Below are positions 25,021-38,099 of a DNA stretch of 64,000 bases, piece after piece. This DNA comes from Malacoraja senta (Eukaryota): NCBI GenBank assembly GCA_038087875.1, contig CM075993.1:9612001-9676000 (forward strand), written 5' to 3'. Both the position numbers and the translations under genes were made by a program. The notes under the pieces were generated by a model. It saw only the letters and a program-made list of their open reading frames with translations. It was not told the DNA's origin and did no database searches. How positions within the stretch are numbered: the first letter of the stretch is position 1; each line of letters begins with the position of its first letter.

Positions 25021-26574
25021 AACCTACAAACATGTATGCCTTTGGACTGTGAGAGGAAACCGGAGCACCTGGTGGAAACCCATGCAGTCATAGAGTCACA
25101 GTCATCTCATGATATCAGTATGAAAACAGGCCCTTCAGCCTAACTTGCCCACCAGCCAACATGTCCCAGCTACACTAGTCCTACCTGCCTGCGTTTGGTC
25201 CATATCCCTCTAAACATGTCCCATCCATGTACCTGTCTAACAGTTTCTTAAACTGGGATAGTCCCAGCCTCAACTACCTCCTTTGGCAGCTTGTTCCATA
25301 TACCCACCACCATTTGTGTGAAAAAGTTACCCCTCAGATTCCTATTCAATCTTTTCCCCTTCACCTTGAACCTCTGGTCCTCAATTCCCCTACTCTGGGC
25401 AAGTAATTCTGTGCATCTACCCGATCTATTCCTCTCATGATTTTACACACCTCTATAAGATCACCCCTCATCCTCCTGTGCTCCAAGGAATAGAGACCCA
25501 GCCTACTCAACCTCTCCCTTTCGCTCAGACCCTCGAGTCCTGGCAACATCCTCGTAAATCTTCTCTGAACCCTTTCAAGCTTGACAAGACAGTCACAGGG
25601 AGGATGTACAAACTCTGCAGTTCTGTGTCGATGAAATGAGCAAACATTTAAAGTTTCAGCAATTGTTGATAGTAAACTTTTATAATCGGAGTCACTGTCT
25701 ATGTGCTATAATGAGGAGGGATTTTTTAACAAATTCTACCAAAATATTTTCTGATTGTTTCAGAACTAAAGATGACCCGACGTAGTTCCAATCTGTTACC
25801 AGAGGAGGGCGCCTAGATCTGAACCACTAGATTGGATCACAGCACTGATCCTTGGGGCATCTTATATGGACCTATTCACAAAGCCTTGTAAATCTGAGCA
25901 AGAATTCAGCCAACTTCGTACAAGATCCGTGAGCTGCAGGGATTTCATTCAGTGGAGTTCCCGTCAGGTAGGTCAACATATGGACACGTGGTTCTTATAT
26001 TGTTGACCACAACCTGGGGCAGTTTTCTTGTTCAGTAATCAGCCTATTTGCATCTAAGATGCAAAAATAGAACATAAAAATATTTCTAGCTCTGCCTGAA
26101 AAGAGTCTATTTGGCCAAAGTAAAAGATTTATATTCTTGTCAAAATGTCTGAAACATTCAGCTCCCTGTGAAGGAGTATTAAGAAATTGATAAGGAAAGG
26201 GATAGGAGAATTAACGAGAAACAAGAAAACGCAATGTAATCACTTCCTTAGGTATGTGGAAAGAAAACAAGATGGCAACGGTTTTATTGCACCTGAAATG
26301 TTAACTATTTTTCTTTCTGTAGATGGTGCCTAACATGCTGAGTGTTTCTGGTATTTTGGGGTTTAATTATGGCATGATGACTTGGAATCTTCCACAGTGT
26401 CATTTGTTAACATCAATGGGCGGTTCATGTGTTGTAGGAATGGAGGTGAATGGGGCACGGTTGGCAGAATGCAGGGAAAGCAGCAACAAAGATAAAAAGA
26501 TTCCAACCTCCTCATGTTCCTTCTCACCTTAATCTCTAAATCCCAGAAGATAGACTCAAAATGCTGGAGTAACT

Positions 26575-27015
26575 TCGAGCCAGCACCGCCATTCATTGTG
26601 ATCACGGCTGATCGTCCCCAATCAATAACCCATGCCTGCCTTCTCCCCATATCCCTTGATTCCACTAGCCCCAAGAGCTCTATCTAACTCTCTCTTAAAT
26701 CCACCCAGTGACTTGGCCTCCACTGCCCTCTGTGGCAGGGAATTCCATAAATTCACAACTCTCTGGGTGAAAAAGTTTTTTCTCACCTCAGTCTTAAATG
26801 GCCTCCCCTTTATTCTAAGACTGGCTCCTGGTTCTGGACTCGCCCAACATTGGGAACATTTTACCTGCATCTAGCTTGTCCAGTCCTTTTATAATTTTAT
26901 ATGTTTGTATAAGATGACCCCTCATCCTTCTGAACTCCAGTGAATACAAGCCTAGTCTTTTCAATCTTTCCTCATGTGACAGTCCCGCCATCCCAGGGAT
27001 CAATCTCGTGAACCC
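26575..27015 (-). mobile_element. CR1 3' fragment
   Basis: LGLYSLEFRRMRG…FFTQRVVNLWNSLP. Confidence 0.8.
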
Positions 27016-28359
27016 ACGCTGCACTGGGCAGAGATTTGATGCGATACGATACGATAAACTTTCCCTCATCCCCGGAGGGAGATTGGTCGACCAACAGTCA
27101 TCACACACAAGGTACACACAAAACTTGAAATTAAAAGTGAAAACAAAAGAAAAGGACAAGCGATTGTTGTGTGGCTGCCGTGTGCACAGCGCCTTCACCG
27201 GAACAAACAAACAAACACAGACTTATCCCCTGAGCAGAGGATTCTAAAACTAAAGAGCCTCCCCCACACCGGGCCCCCCTTTGTTCTCCCACAGTCCGTC
27301 ACGGTGGTCCCCCTATGTCGGGACCTCCACTGTTCTTCACGACTGCCCCAACATGCTGGGTCCCCATTGTCTTCCCCTACCCCCCTACCACCCCTCCTCC
27401 CCCTCCATCACCACTGAGTATCCCGCCAATGCTCCGTTCCTGCCGAATCCCAACCACCGCCAAGGACTCCGTTGCCGTCGATGCTCAAGCTACCGCTGAG
27501 GCTCCTTCGGCCCAGACAGGCCTCGCCACCTGGCTGCTCCGCAGTTCTCTGGGAGGCCTGAGGGGCGAGTTCCAGTCGTCGGCGCCGGGGTTGTTCGGCG
27601 GGTGGATCAAGCCCACGCAGCTCCCCGGGACACTGAATGAGCAGGGGTGGAATTAATGCAGGCAAGTGGAATTAGTGCACATAGGCATGATGGTCACCAT
27701 TTACGTGATGGGCCAAGGGCCTGTTTCAATGCTGTAACATTCCATGACTCTGATATCAGAAGCCAGAGTGTCCAAATACAAGACCACAACGATATTTAGT
27801 GTACTCTTTATTGGTTAGAAATTGAATTATTAATGCTGGTTAAATCAATTTTGAATTGCATTGTGTTGAAAAGCACAAAGAGTAAATCAGATTCACAATC
27901 ATTTCAGCTAAAATCACACCCGTCGTAACATTGAGCTGGGCTTGATTGTTCTTTAGTACAGGTGTAGACTGATCTAGATCTCTATCAAAGTGTCAGCTTT
28001 GATGTAGTCCTGGACCTCCGCTGCTGCTGTGGGAACAAACTGGCATCCAGCCTCTCACGCGTGTTTGTCCATTCAATGATACCAGTGGTGATGGGCGACC
28101 TTACTCCATTGTGGTGGTGCCAGGCTGCAGCAGGTAGTGCTGCTGCCACACAGATCCAACTTCAGTCCCGACTTCCGATGCTACCCATTTAGTTCTCCTC
28201 GCGCGGGCTTCCTCTGGGTGCTCTGGTATCGGCCCACATCCAAGCTGTGCTGATTGTTAGGTTCATTGGCTCCTGTAAACTTCCTCCAGTGTGGGTGTAT
28301 CAGTGGCTTGACAATGGGCATGTGAGTGAGAATAGGTTCATTTTTTATTTTTTCTATTT

Positions 28360-29325
28360 ATTTATTTATTTATTTATTTATTATTATTATTTTTTTAATT
28401 TGTATTTTATTAGAAGTACATTACATTACAACCACATACATTAGTACTTGTCATTTATATCTTCTTACAATTAATGTACTCCATTTATTTTTTACACTAG
28501 AAAAGGAAAAGATTGAAAGAAAGAAGAAAGTGAAGGAAAAAGTGAAAGTGTAGGAAATGTGACAACAAAAAAGGACAAAGACCCTATAAGAGCAAAATTA
28601 AAAACAAAAGACAAAGAGTTAAGAAATAGACCCTAGGAAAGAAAGAAAGAGAGAAAGAGGAAAAAGAGAGAAACAAATATTTTTATGAGCATTACGTAAA
28701 TGGGACATACCAACTCTTCAACTATCATCCCCCCTTACCTGACCTCAATTTTTTTTTTAAAGTACTTTTGCACCCTATGTTTGTAATAATTCTATAAATA
28801 CAGACCACGTCAGGTGGAAGTGATCTGGTTTACCTGCTAGGAGGAGTCTTATCTCTTCTAGGTGTAATGTTTCAAACATATTTGAAATCCACATATTTAT
28901 AGTTGGTATTGGAGCCTTCTTCCAAAATTTTAGAATTAGCTTTTTTCCAGTTATTAACCCATAGTCCATTAGTTTCTTTTGAAACACATTTAGATCTGGA
29001 CCATCTTCCGTTATACCGAAGATAATCCATTCTGCTTTGGGTATCAGTCTTGTTTTAAATAACTTTGTAAAGATTTCAAAAATTTCATTCCAAAATTTTT
29101 GAATTTTTGTACAAGAAACGAATGAGTGCGTTATGGTAGCTTCTTGGGATTGACATTTATCACAAATAGATGATACATTTGGGAAAATGTTATGAATTTT
29201 AGTTTTCGAATAATATAATCTATGTAAAATTTTAAATTGTATTCAAGTGTGTCTTACATTAATCGAGCATTTATGCACGTTTAATAAGTATTCATTCCAA
29301 CTTTCCTTTGAAATTTTAATAGCTA
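28360..29325 (-). mobile_element. L1-clade LINE 3' fragment
   Basis: ORF2 C-terminus (CTKIQKFWNEIFEI…LILKFWK) and an A/T-rich tail. Near-identical copy at 54200-54900. Confidence 0.75.
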
Positions 29326-29391
29326 ACTCTTGTGTGAGAATAGGTTCAATGATGCTTTATCTACAGGAGATACAAGGAGGAATGAGCAGTA

Positions 29392-29705
29392 TGGTGGCAC
29401 AGCAGTAGAATTGCTGCCTTACAGCGCCAGAGACCTGGATTCGATCCTCACTACGGGTGCTGTCTGTACAGAGTTTGTATGTTCTCCCTGTGACCTGTAT
29501 GGGTTGTCTCCGGGTACTCCAGCTTCCTCCTACATCCCAAAGACGTGCGGGTTTGTAGGTTAATCAGCTTCTGTAAATTGTCCCTGGTGTGTTGGATGCA
29601 AAACTGGAATAACATGGAACTAGTGTGAACTAGTGATCGATAGCCAACGAGGACGCAGTGGGCCGAAGGGCCTATTGCCATGCTGGACCTCTAAACTAAA
29701 CTAAA
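29392..29705 (+). mobile_element. V-SINE (HE1-like)
   Basis: Head, V-domain and (taaac)n tail. Confidence 0.75.
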
Positions 29706-30316
29706 CGTGGCAATATTGGAATTGCTCGGAGATCCATCAGTGAGTCAAGAACCGAGTTATAAGGTCATAAAATATAAGTGATAGGAGCAGAATTCGGCCA
29801 TTCGGCCTGTGGCGCCTTCACGCCCACGTTGGATTTGCGTACAGTCTGTCACCGTTGGCAACTCGCCAGCAGCCTCACGAGAAGGTCCAGCCACAAGAGC
29901 TCAATAACAACTCCAAGGTCAGACGCATTATTGGCCTTATCTGCACACTGGTTATGATTGGTGAGAATGTAGGTAAAAGGGGCTTCTGGAATAAACGTGA
30001 CACAAGGTGTCTGGCTCAGCTAAGTGTCGTTTGTTCTTTGCTTTTGTCGTGGGATTCAGTAGGTCCTACGGGACCATCAAGTCTACTCCGCCATCCCATC
30101 ATGGCTGATCTATCTCTCCCTGCTGGCCCCATTTCCTGCCTTCTCCTCTGTCGCACTTCCTTGTCTGGAAGTGTTCTAAATTCCTACCATCCCAGAAGCA
30201 CTGTAGTCCCGAATATCATTCCTGAAGGGTTGGCTCGGTTTGTGTTGTCCCATTAATGGACACAAAAAGCTGGAGTAACTCAGCGGGACAGGCAGCATCT
30301 CTGGAGAGAAGGAATG

Positions 30317-30350
30317 GGTGACGTTTCGGGTCGAGACCCTTCTTCAGACC
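30317..30350 (-). ncRNA. Minimal type I hammerhead ribozyme-like motif, intact core
   Basis: Minus strand GGT-CTGAAGA-A-GGGTC-TC-GACCC-GAAACGTC-ACC. Confidence 0.65.
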
Positions 30351-30529
30351 TCGTTAATGTTCCCTGTGCCTCTCTCTTGCTTTGCCCCCTGCTCCTCCAG
30401 CTGCAACCTAAGGGGGGGGGGGGTGGGGTGACGTCCCGGTTGGGTGGTCAGCTGACAGACGGCAACACACTAACCTCTGTGTCAGTGCCATAGATCAACA
30501 GCTTCAAACCAGAGCCTTGAGCTCTAGTG

Positions 30530-30713
30530 TTTAAGAAGGAACTGCAGATGCTGGAAAATCGAAGGTAGACAAAAGTGCTGGAGAAACTCAGCGGGTGCAG
30601 CAGCATCTATGGGGCGAAGGAAATAGGCAACGTTTCGTGCCGAAACGTTGCCTATTTCCTTCGCTCCATAGATGCTGCTGCACCTGCTGAGTTTCTCCAG
30701 CACTTTTGTCGAC
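30530..30713. mobile_element. Palindromic short element with a 15-bp TSD
   Basis: ccttgagctctagtg at 30515-30529 and 30714-30728; fold-back centred on acgtttcg-tgc-cgaaacgt. Confidence 0.8.
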
Positions 30714-33621
30714 CCTTGAGCTCTAGTGCACATTGGCCTGCCAGCACTACAGTGTGCTGTGTGCCAGATGTACGGACATACAAATGAGAGACTGTACTCA
30801 CCCCATCGGTGCCAAAAAAAACCCAAAGAGCAGTAACTTCCAGCTGGCAACCTCTCCAATACCCCTCCCTCCACCAGCACCACTGAAACAGACTGACTGC
30901 TGATTACAGAATAATTTTACTTGCAGTGTTTCTCTGTGTAATGACTGGAGTCATTGTCCATATTTCTTCTGGCGGTCCTATGAAACATCCTTCTTATAAT
31001 CCTGCCCACCTGAAAAGAATCATTTTCCTATATCAACGTCACCCACTGTAGGACGTGACTGCTGAGACAGCGTCCATCACCCTTGTGTAGGAAGGAACTG
31101 CAGATGCTGGTTTTACACCGAAGGTAGACACAAAATGCGGGGGATAACTCAGCGGGACAGGCAGCATCTCTGGAGAGAAGGAATGGGTGACGTTTCGTGT
31201 CGAGACTGCTTCTTCATCCATTCCTTCTCTCCAGAGATGCTGCCTGTCCCGCTGAGCTACCCCAGCATTTTGTGTCCTGCGGTGTAAACCAGCATCTGCA
31301 AACGCACACAGGTCTTGTACTGAAATACCAGTCACCTGGCCAGGCTCAATACAAGGTCATTGTGACCCCTCCTTGAGTTGGAGTATCTGCATGATCTTTC
31401 AGGAAATTCTTTTGTAGACATCTAATAAATTCTGCCTCGTCTACGCCTTTTACACCGAGTAAGTCCTGGTCAATATTGCAGAAGTTAAAGTCACCCATTA
31501 GACATTGTTGCATTACTATATTGTGTCCATATATTTGTTCCTCTATCTCCCACTGGCTACTGGGAGGTCTATAGTATAGTATAAGAGAGGATAAGTTGCT
31601 CTCTCTCTGGTTTTGTCAGTTACAGAGTGGCGATTCACGGAAATGTGCGTGCGCACTCTTCCTCAGATGGTAATAAGGTCACAAGTGATAGGAGCAGAAT
31701 TAGGCCATTCGGCCTATCAAGTCTATGCCATTCAATCATGGCTGATTTATATCTCCTCCTAACCCCATTCTCTTGCCTTCTTCCCATAACCTCAGACACC
31801 CGTACTAATCAAGAATCTATCTATCTCTGCCTTAAAAATATCCATTGACTAGGCCTCCACAGCCTTCTGTAGCAAAGAATTCCACCGATTCTCCACCCTC
31901 TGACCAAAGAAATTCCTCTTCATCTCCTTCCTAAAAGAACGTCCTTTAATTCTGAGGCAATGACCTCTGGGGAAGGAGGTGCCTGATGGAATGGGCAAGG
32001 TGTATACTCTGTGAGATGGTGTGCTCCTTCCATCTCTTACATAGACAGACTGTTTGACCCCCACCCCACCCCTCATGGCCATGAGCGTCTCAATACCATT
32101 CCAAATGCTCCTTCTCCACATTGGTCTGCCCTGGGTCAGAGATTCCCAGGAAAGTGGAGATACTGCATTTCTTTGAGGAGGCTTGATGCACATCCCAGAA
32201 CCTTTACCACTTGGTTGTATCTTCCCACAATGGAGCTCAGAACAAACTGAGTCAAGAGTCTTGGATTGGGATCACTTACTCAAACCCTTAGAAGGTGGGT
32301 TCAGCACAAGAGGTGAATGAGAAGGTTTAGGATGACACTGATGAGTGTTACACTGTCAGGGTGCTGTACTGTTGACAGATTAGCTCTGTGGATGAGGAGA
32401 GAAATATTCTGATAGGTAAACGATTGGGTCTTAGACATCGTTTAGTCCCCCAGGCATTTTCTTATTTCCCTATCTGAATTGGAGTTCCCTTTGCTCCTGA
32501 AAAACAAACATTTCCTTTGTTTAGTTTAGTTTAGTTTAGAGATACAGTGCGGAAACAGGCCCTTCGGCCCACCGAGTCCGCACCGATCAGCGATCCCCAC
32601 ACATTAACAGGGGTGGGAGATTGCAACCTTCACGTGGTCCACCTTGTTTCGACGAATGCAATTAACCCGGCGTGCACAATCAAATAAGATCAAATAGAAC
32701 AAGTTGTCTTACAACTTTAGGCTGTGCATGCCATATGCAAGAAGAACAACAGGAATGAGTGGGTTAGCGACTGATGAGCATTTGGCATCACTGGGCCTCT
32801 ACACGCTGGAGTTTAGAAGGTTGAAGGGGGACCTCATTGAAACTTTCAGAATAATGAAAGGCATAGATAGAGTGGATGTGCAAAGGATGTATCCACTGGT
32901 GGGAGAGTCTAGGACCAGAGGGCATAGCCTCAGAATTAAAGGACACTCATTTAAAAAGGAGGTGAGGAGGAACCTCTTTAGTCAGTGGATATAGGTAGTT
33001 AATCTGTGGAACTCATTGCCACAGAGGGCGGTGGAAGCCAAGTCAGTGGATAGATTTAAGGCGGAGATAGACAAATTCTTGATTAGAACGGGTATCAAGG
33101 GTAATGGGAAGAAGGCAGGAAAATGGGGTTAGGAGGCAAAGATCAGCCATGATTGAATGACGGAGTAGACTTGATTGGCCGAATGGCCTAATTCTACTCC
33201 TATAACTTGTGAACGTGAACATGTTGGCCGGAATGGGCAAGTTGGGCCGAAAGGCCTGTTTCCACACTGTATCACTCTATGACTCTAAATATATAATATA
33301 ATGATAATAGATCTCTCTGCCCAGAGAAGCATCTACTATCACCCTAATCTTTTACATCTCATTTTTATAAATCTAGTGTCATTCTTAACTATATTCTGCA
33401 CTGTCTAATCCTTTGCTCACCCTGTTGTACTTGGTTTTGATTGTAATTATGTGTAGTATTATCTGGCTTGATTGGATAACATGCAAAACTAAACTTTCCA
33501 CTGTACCTCAGTACATGTGACAATAGTAAACCTCAACCTAGATCTAAATTCAGCAGGTCCAGAGGGCATTTACCACTAAGAACAGACCACAGTTTGAGCG
33601 TTGGCATGACCTGCATCCTCG

Positions 33622-34103
33622 TCATTGTAGATAGGACTTGGCCGTATCAAACCAAACCTTCTCCACCGCCTCTTTACCCGCTTGCCATAATTGGTGCAGG
33701 CATTTGCTGCCCACCTTCATTGAGACGTTGAGGTACTCCTCGTTGTCTGGGTCCAGGAGCATGTTGTGCCTGGCCATAACCATGGACTGAGAGAACCTGC
33801 AGAAAACCAGCAGGTAGATGGAGTCCCGCTCCTCCTCCGTCAGTGGCATCACGCTCTCAAAGCCCGCGATCACGTGGCCACCAACGCCAACCGGATCCTG
33901 GCTTACGATGGTGAGATACATGATGGTTATCGCCAGATCTTGCACAAAACACCCGAAGCTCATGTCCCCAAAGTCCAGGATGCCCGAAATCCGTAATGCT
34001 GATCTCGGACAATTCTTTCCTGTTCTCTCCACTGGTTGCTCAGTTGGTGAATCCAAGGGCTCCAGCAGAATGTTGTACTCATTGCAGTCACCGTAAATTA
34101 AGC
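33622..34103 (-). CDS. HYKK: Hydroxylysine kinase, last coding exon
   Basis: GLIYGDCNEYNILL…ISGILDFGDMSFG…VGGHVIAGFESVMPLT…VEKVWFDTAKSYLQ*; APH-family motifs; aag acceptor. Confidence 0.93.
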
Positions 34104-34229
34104 CTTCAAAACAAGTCACAATAAGTTCATAATTTTTTGGAGCAGAATTAGGCTAATTGGCTGATCCAGTGTACTCTGTCGTTCAATGATGGCTGATCTA
34201 TTTTTCCCTCTCAACACCATTCTCCATTT

Positions 34230-34680
34230 TACGAGGATGTGGCCAGGGCTAGAGGGTGTGAGCTATAGGGAGAGGTTGAGCAGGCTGTGACTCTATTCCT
34301 TGGAGCGGAGGTTGAGGGGTGATCTTATAAAATCAAGAGGAATAGATTGGGTAGATGCACAGAGCCTCTTGCCCAGAGTAGGTGAATCGAGGACCAGAGG
34401 ACATGAGTTTACGGTGAAGGGGAAAAGATTTAATAGGAATCTAAGGGATAACTTTTTCACACAAAGGATGATGGGTGTACGGAACAAGCTACCAGAGGAG
34501 GTAGTTGAGGCTGGGACTATCCCAATGTTTAAGAAACAATTAGCTAGGTACATGGATAGGACAAGTTTGGAAGGATATGGATCCAACGCAGGCAGGTGGG
34601 ACGTAGGTAGCTGGGGCATGTTGGCCAGTGTGGGCAAGTTGGGCCAAAGTGCTGTTTCCATGCTGTATCACTCTATGACT
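34230..34680 (+). mobile_element. CR1 3' fragment
   Basis: LERRLRGDLI…RGHEFTVKG…NFFTQR. Confidence 0.8.
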
Positions 34681-34834
34681 CCTGCCTTCTCCCCATAACC
34701 CCAGACACCCATACTAATCAAGAATCTGTCAATCTCCGCCTTTAGTTAAGCAAATTTGAAGAAAGACCTTGGTTGGCTGGAAGGAGGATTTATTCAAATG
34801 GCCTCTGGATTTTTTTCTTTCAGAATTGGGTATG

Positions 34835-35118
34835 TTTAATTTAGTTTAGAGATACAGCGCGGAAACTGGCCCTTCGGCGCTGAGTCCGTGACGACCAGCG
34901 ATCACCCCGTACACTAGCACTATCCTACACACTCGGGACAATTTATAATTTTTACCAAAGCCAATTAACCTACAAAACTGCATATCTTTGAAGCGTAAGC
35001 GGAAACCAGTCACAGGGAGAACGTACAAACTCCACACAGACAGCACCTGTAGTCAGGATCGAACCCGGGTCTCAGGCGCTGTAAGGCAGCGACTCTACCG
35101 CTGCGCCAACGTGCCGCC
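34835..35118 (-). mobile_element. V-SINE (HE1-like)
   Basis: Head and tail as in the other copies. Confidence 0.7.
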
Positions 35119-36589
35119 CCTTTTGTTGCGCAAATGTGAAGAGAGACATTGGTTGGCAAGAGAAGGATTTAATTTATTCAACTTATTGGGACAGAATATC
35201 TGGTGTGTGTGGCAGTGAGGTTGGTGAGTTGGAGGAGGATGGGAAGAACAGATTACCAGAGATACCTCAAGCTCTCCATCATTGTTTGTCTCACCTCATG
35301 CCTAGGTCTGGCTGATCGCTGCAATAAGCCAACAGGCCCATTGTCCCTCTATCACAATCCCAGAATGATCGATAAAGATTTCTTGATTCTTAAAATACCT
35401 TTTAAGTTCGAAATTCCTAGGAGCGCAGGAGGATGAGGAGTGATCTTATAGAGGTGTATAAAATCATGAGAGGATTAGATTGGGTACATACACAGAGTCT
35501 CTTGCCCAGAGTAGGGTAATCGAGAACAGAGGTGAAGAGGAAAAGATTTAATAGGAATCTGAGGGGTAACTTTTTCACACAAAGAGTGGTGGGGTTATGC
35601 AACAAGCTGCCAGAGGAGGTAGTTGAGGTTGGGAGGTAGGTACTATCCCAACCTTTAAGAAACAGTTAGACAGGTACATGGATAGGACAGGTTGGAGGGA
35701 TCTGGGCCAAATGCGGGCAAGTGGGACTAGTGTAGCTGGGACATGTTGGCCGGTGTGGGCAAGTTGTGCTGAAGGGCCTGTTGCCACTCTATGACTATGA
35801 AATACCAACATGCAGTTGAGCATAGAAGTTGTGAGGTTGAACAAGACATTTGTGAGGCCACATTTGGAGTATTATGTTCCGTTTTGGTCACCCTTTTATA
35901 GGATAGGTTGTTAAGCAGGAAAAGATCTCCTTCCATCCCAAACCACTCCCTCCCCAGGTACTTTTCCCTACAGCTGGTAGAAATGTACACCTGTCCCTAT
36001 ACCTCCTCCCTCGACTCCATCCAGGGACCCTGGCTGTCCTTTCAGGTGAGACAGCAGTTCACTCCTCTTCTCCTCTTATCTGATACCAATTTGCCAGCTG
36101 GCAATGCAGGGTATGGGCCTATTTTATTCCACTCAGCTGTGGTAACGTAGCAAGGCAGCATTCTCCAGCCGCTGGTAGATGGAGCAGGGTGACGCTCCCT
36201 CTCAGCGGCTGCAACCCCACATTGACCAGAACGACTCCAAAACTGGTTGTCGGAAGGGGAAGTGAACAGAACCCTGGGTCTGGACCAGGCACGTCGTGTG
36301 GAGATGGACCTCAGGAGAAGCTGCTTCTCGGATGGAACACCACGACTCCTCAGGAACTTTCCAAAAAATGTAGCCACAAATCTCAGGGGTAACTTTTTCA
36401 CACAAAGAGTGGTGGAGTTATGGAACAAGCTGCCAGAGGAGGTAGTTGAGGCAGCTACTATCCCAACCTTTAAAAGACAGTTAGACAGGTACATGGATAG
36501 AACAGGTTTGGAGGGATCTGGGCCAAACACGGGCAAGTGGGACCACTGTAGCTGGGACATGTTGGCCGGTTCAGACTGACATGTTCAGA

Positions 36590-36617
36590 CTGAAGAAGGG
36601 TCTCGACCTGAAACGTC
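36590..36617 (+). ncRNA. Minimal hammerhead ribozyme-like motif
   Basis: CTGAAGA-AGGGTCTCGACCT-GAAACGTC, antisense to HYKK in its last intron. Confidence 0.55.
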
Positions 36618-36742
36618 ACCCATTCCTTCTCTCCAGAGATGTTGCCTGTCCCACTGATTTACTCCAGCGTTTTGTGTCTATATTTGATTTAAACCAGCAT
36701 CAGCAGTTCCTTCCGACACATTCCCAAGAAAGATGATCTTAC

Positions 36743-36926
36743 CTTTATGAAACTTGTCCAGGTTGGGACGGATCTTTTCCTTGAACTGTTGGATAACTTG
36801 CTCTATTATTGAGAGCAATTCACCCTCCTCCATTTCATGCAGGTGCCTTTCCAGCAAGTGCGTGTTTGAAAGGCTCCACATAAACCCATCTCGATGAAGA
36901 CTCTTCACGGTTGGGTGATAGAATTC
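36743..36926 (-). CDS. HYKK: HYKK coding exon (184 nt)
   Basis: EFYHPTVKSLHRDGFMWSLSNTHLLE…FHK; AG/GT boundaries. Confidence 0.93.
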
Positions 36927-37956
36927 CTAATGGTCGCAAAATGCGTTATTGTCTCAATGAGTGTACGTTGGTGGGAGTGAGCAAATGAGAACATAGAACA
37001 GTATAACACAGGAACAGGCCCTTCGGCCCACAATGTCCGTGCCGAACATGTTGCCAAGACCAAGTTTTATCTGCCTTCATATAATCCACTTCTCTCCAAT
37101 TCATGTGCCTATCCAATAGGCTCTTACCACTGAATGAAAGATATACAAAAACGTAACAATGAAAAAGGAAACAGGGCATTGTTAGCTATTTACTAGGTGA
37201 AAACAAAAAGCTGGTGCGATTTGGGTGGGGGAGGGATGGAGAGAGTGGGAAAGCAGGGTTACTTGATGTTGGAGAAATCAATACTCACTGGGCTGTAAGA
37301 TGCACAGTCTCTTGCCCTGAGTAGGGGAATCGAGGACCAGAGGACATAGCTTCAAGGTGATGGGGAAAAGATTTAATAGGAATCTGAGGGATAACTTTTT
37401 CGCACAAAGGGTGGTGGGTGTATGGCACAAGCTGCCAGGGGAGGTAGTTGAGGCTGGGACTATCCCAATGTTTAAGAAATAGTTAGACAGGTACATGGAC
37501 AAGACAGGTTTGGAGGGATATGGACCAAGCGCTAGCAGGTGGGATTTGATGTAGCTGGGACATGTTGGCCAGTGTGGGCAAGTTGGGCTGAAGGGCCTGT
37601 TTCCACACTCTATCACTCTATAACTCTAATGTGACTGTGCTGACAGTGTTTACACCTCTGGATGTAAGCACACCAACCAGTAGCGCTGCAAAGGCATAAA
37701 ATGACCTCGGAGATGATAATTTCTAACACAGAAGGATGACATTCCACCCATGGATACTGAAGCAGTTAATATTCTCTTGCCCGAGAAGGAGAGATGACAA
37801 TGGACTGTGTGGTATTCAGAGGAGAATGTGGCAGTATAAACCAGCAAAGCCGGGTCACACAAACGTTTAGTAGCTCAGTGAAGGCCTCCACTGTTGCAGT
37901 CCTGAGTATACAGTATGTCGACAAATATAATACAGGTGAGGAATATAATACAATAC

Positions 37957-38099
37957 CTCATGCAGCGCCTTGTCCATTTGGGCAATGGTTCTGCCCAATT
38001 TGTAGCAAATCTGATGATCCAATGTGAACTTTGCCATGGGTACTCCGGGCAGGTACGTCAGCAGTCTGATCATGAACTGTTTGTAGTCACTACCCTGCT
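37957..38099 (-). CDS. HYKK: HYKK coding exon (143 nt)
   Basis: KQGSDYKQFMIRLLTYLPGVPMAK…MDKALHE; AG/GT boundaries. Confidence 0.93.

Noticed and set aside
36150..36375. Coding-like stretch faintly reminiscent of a DIRS-type retroelement
   Set aside because: It is too short, and the motif resemblance is too weak to call by eye.
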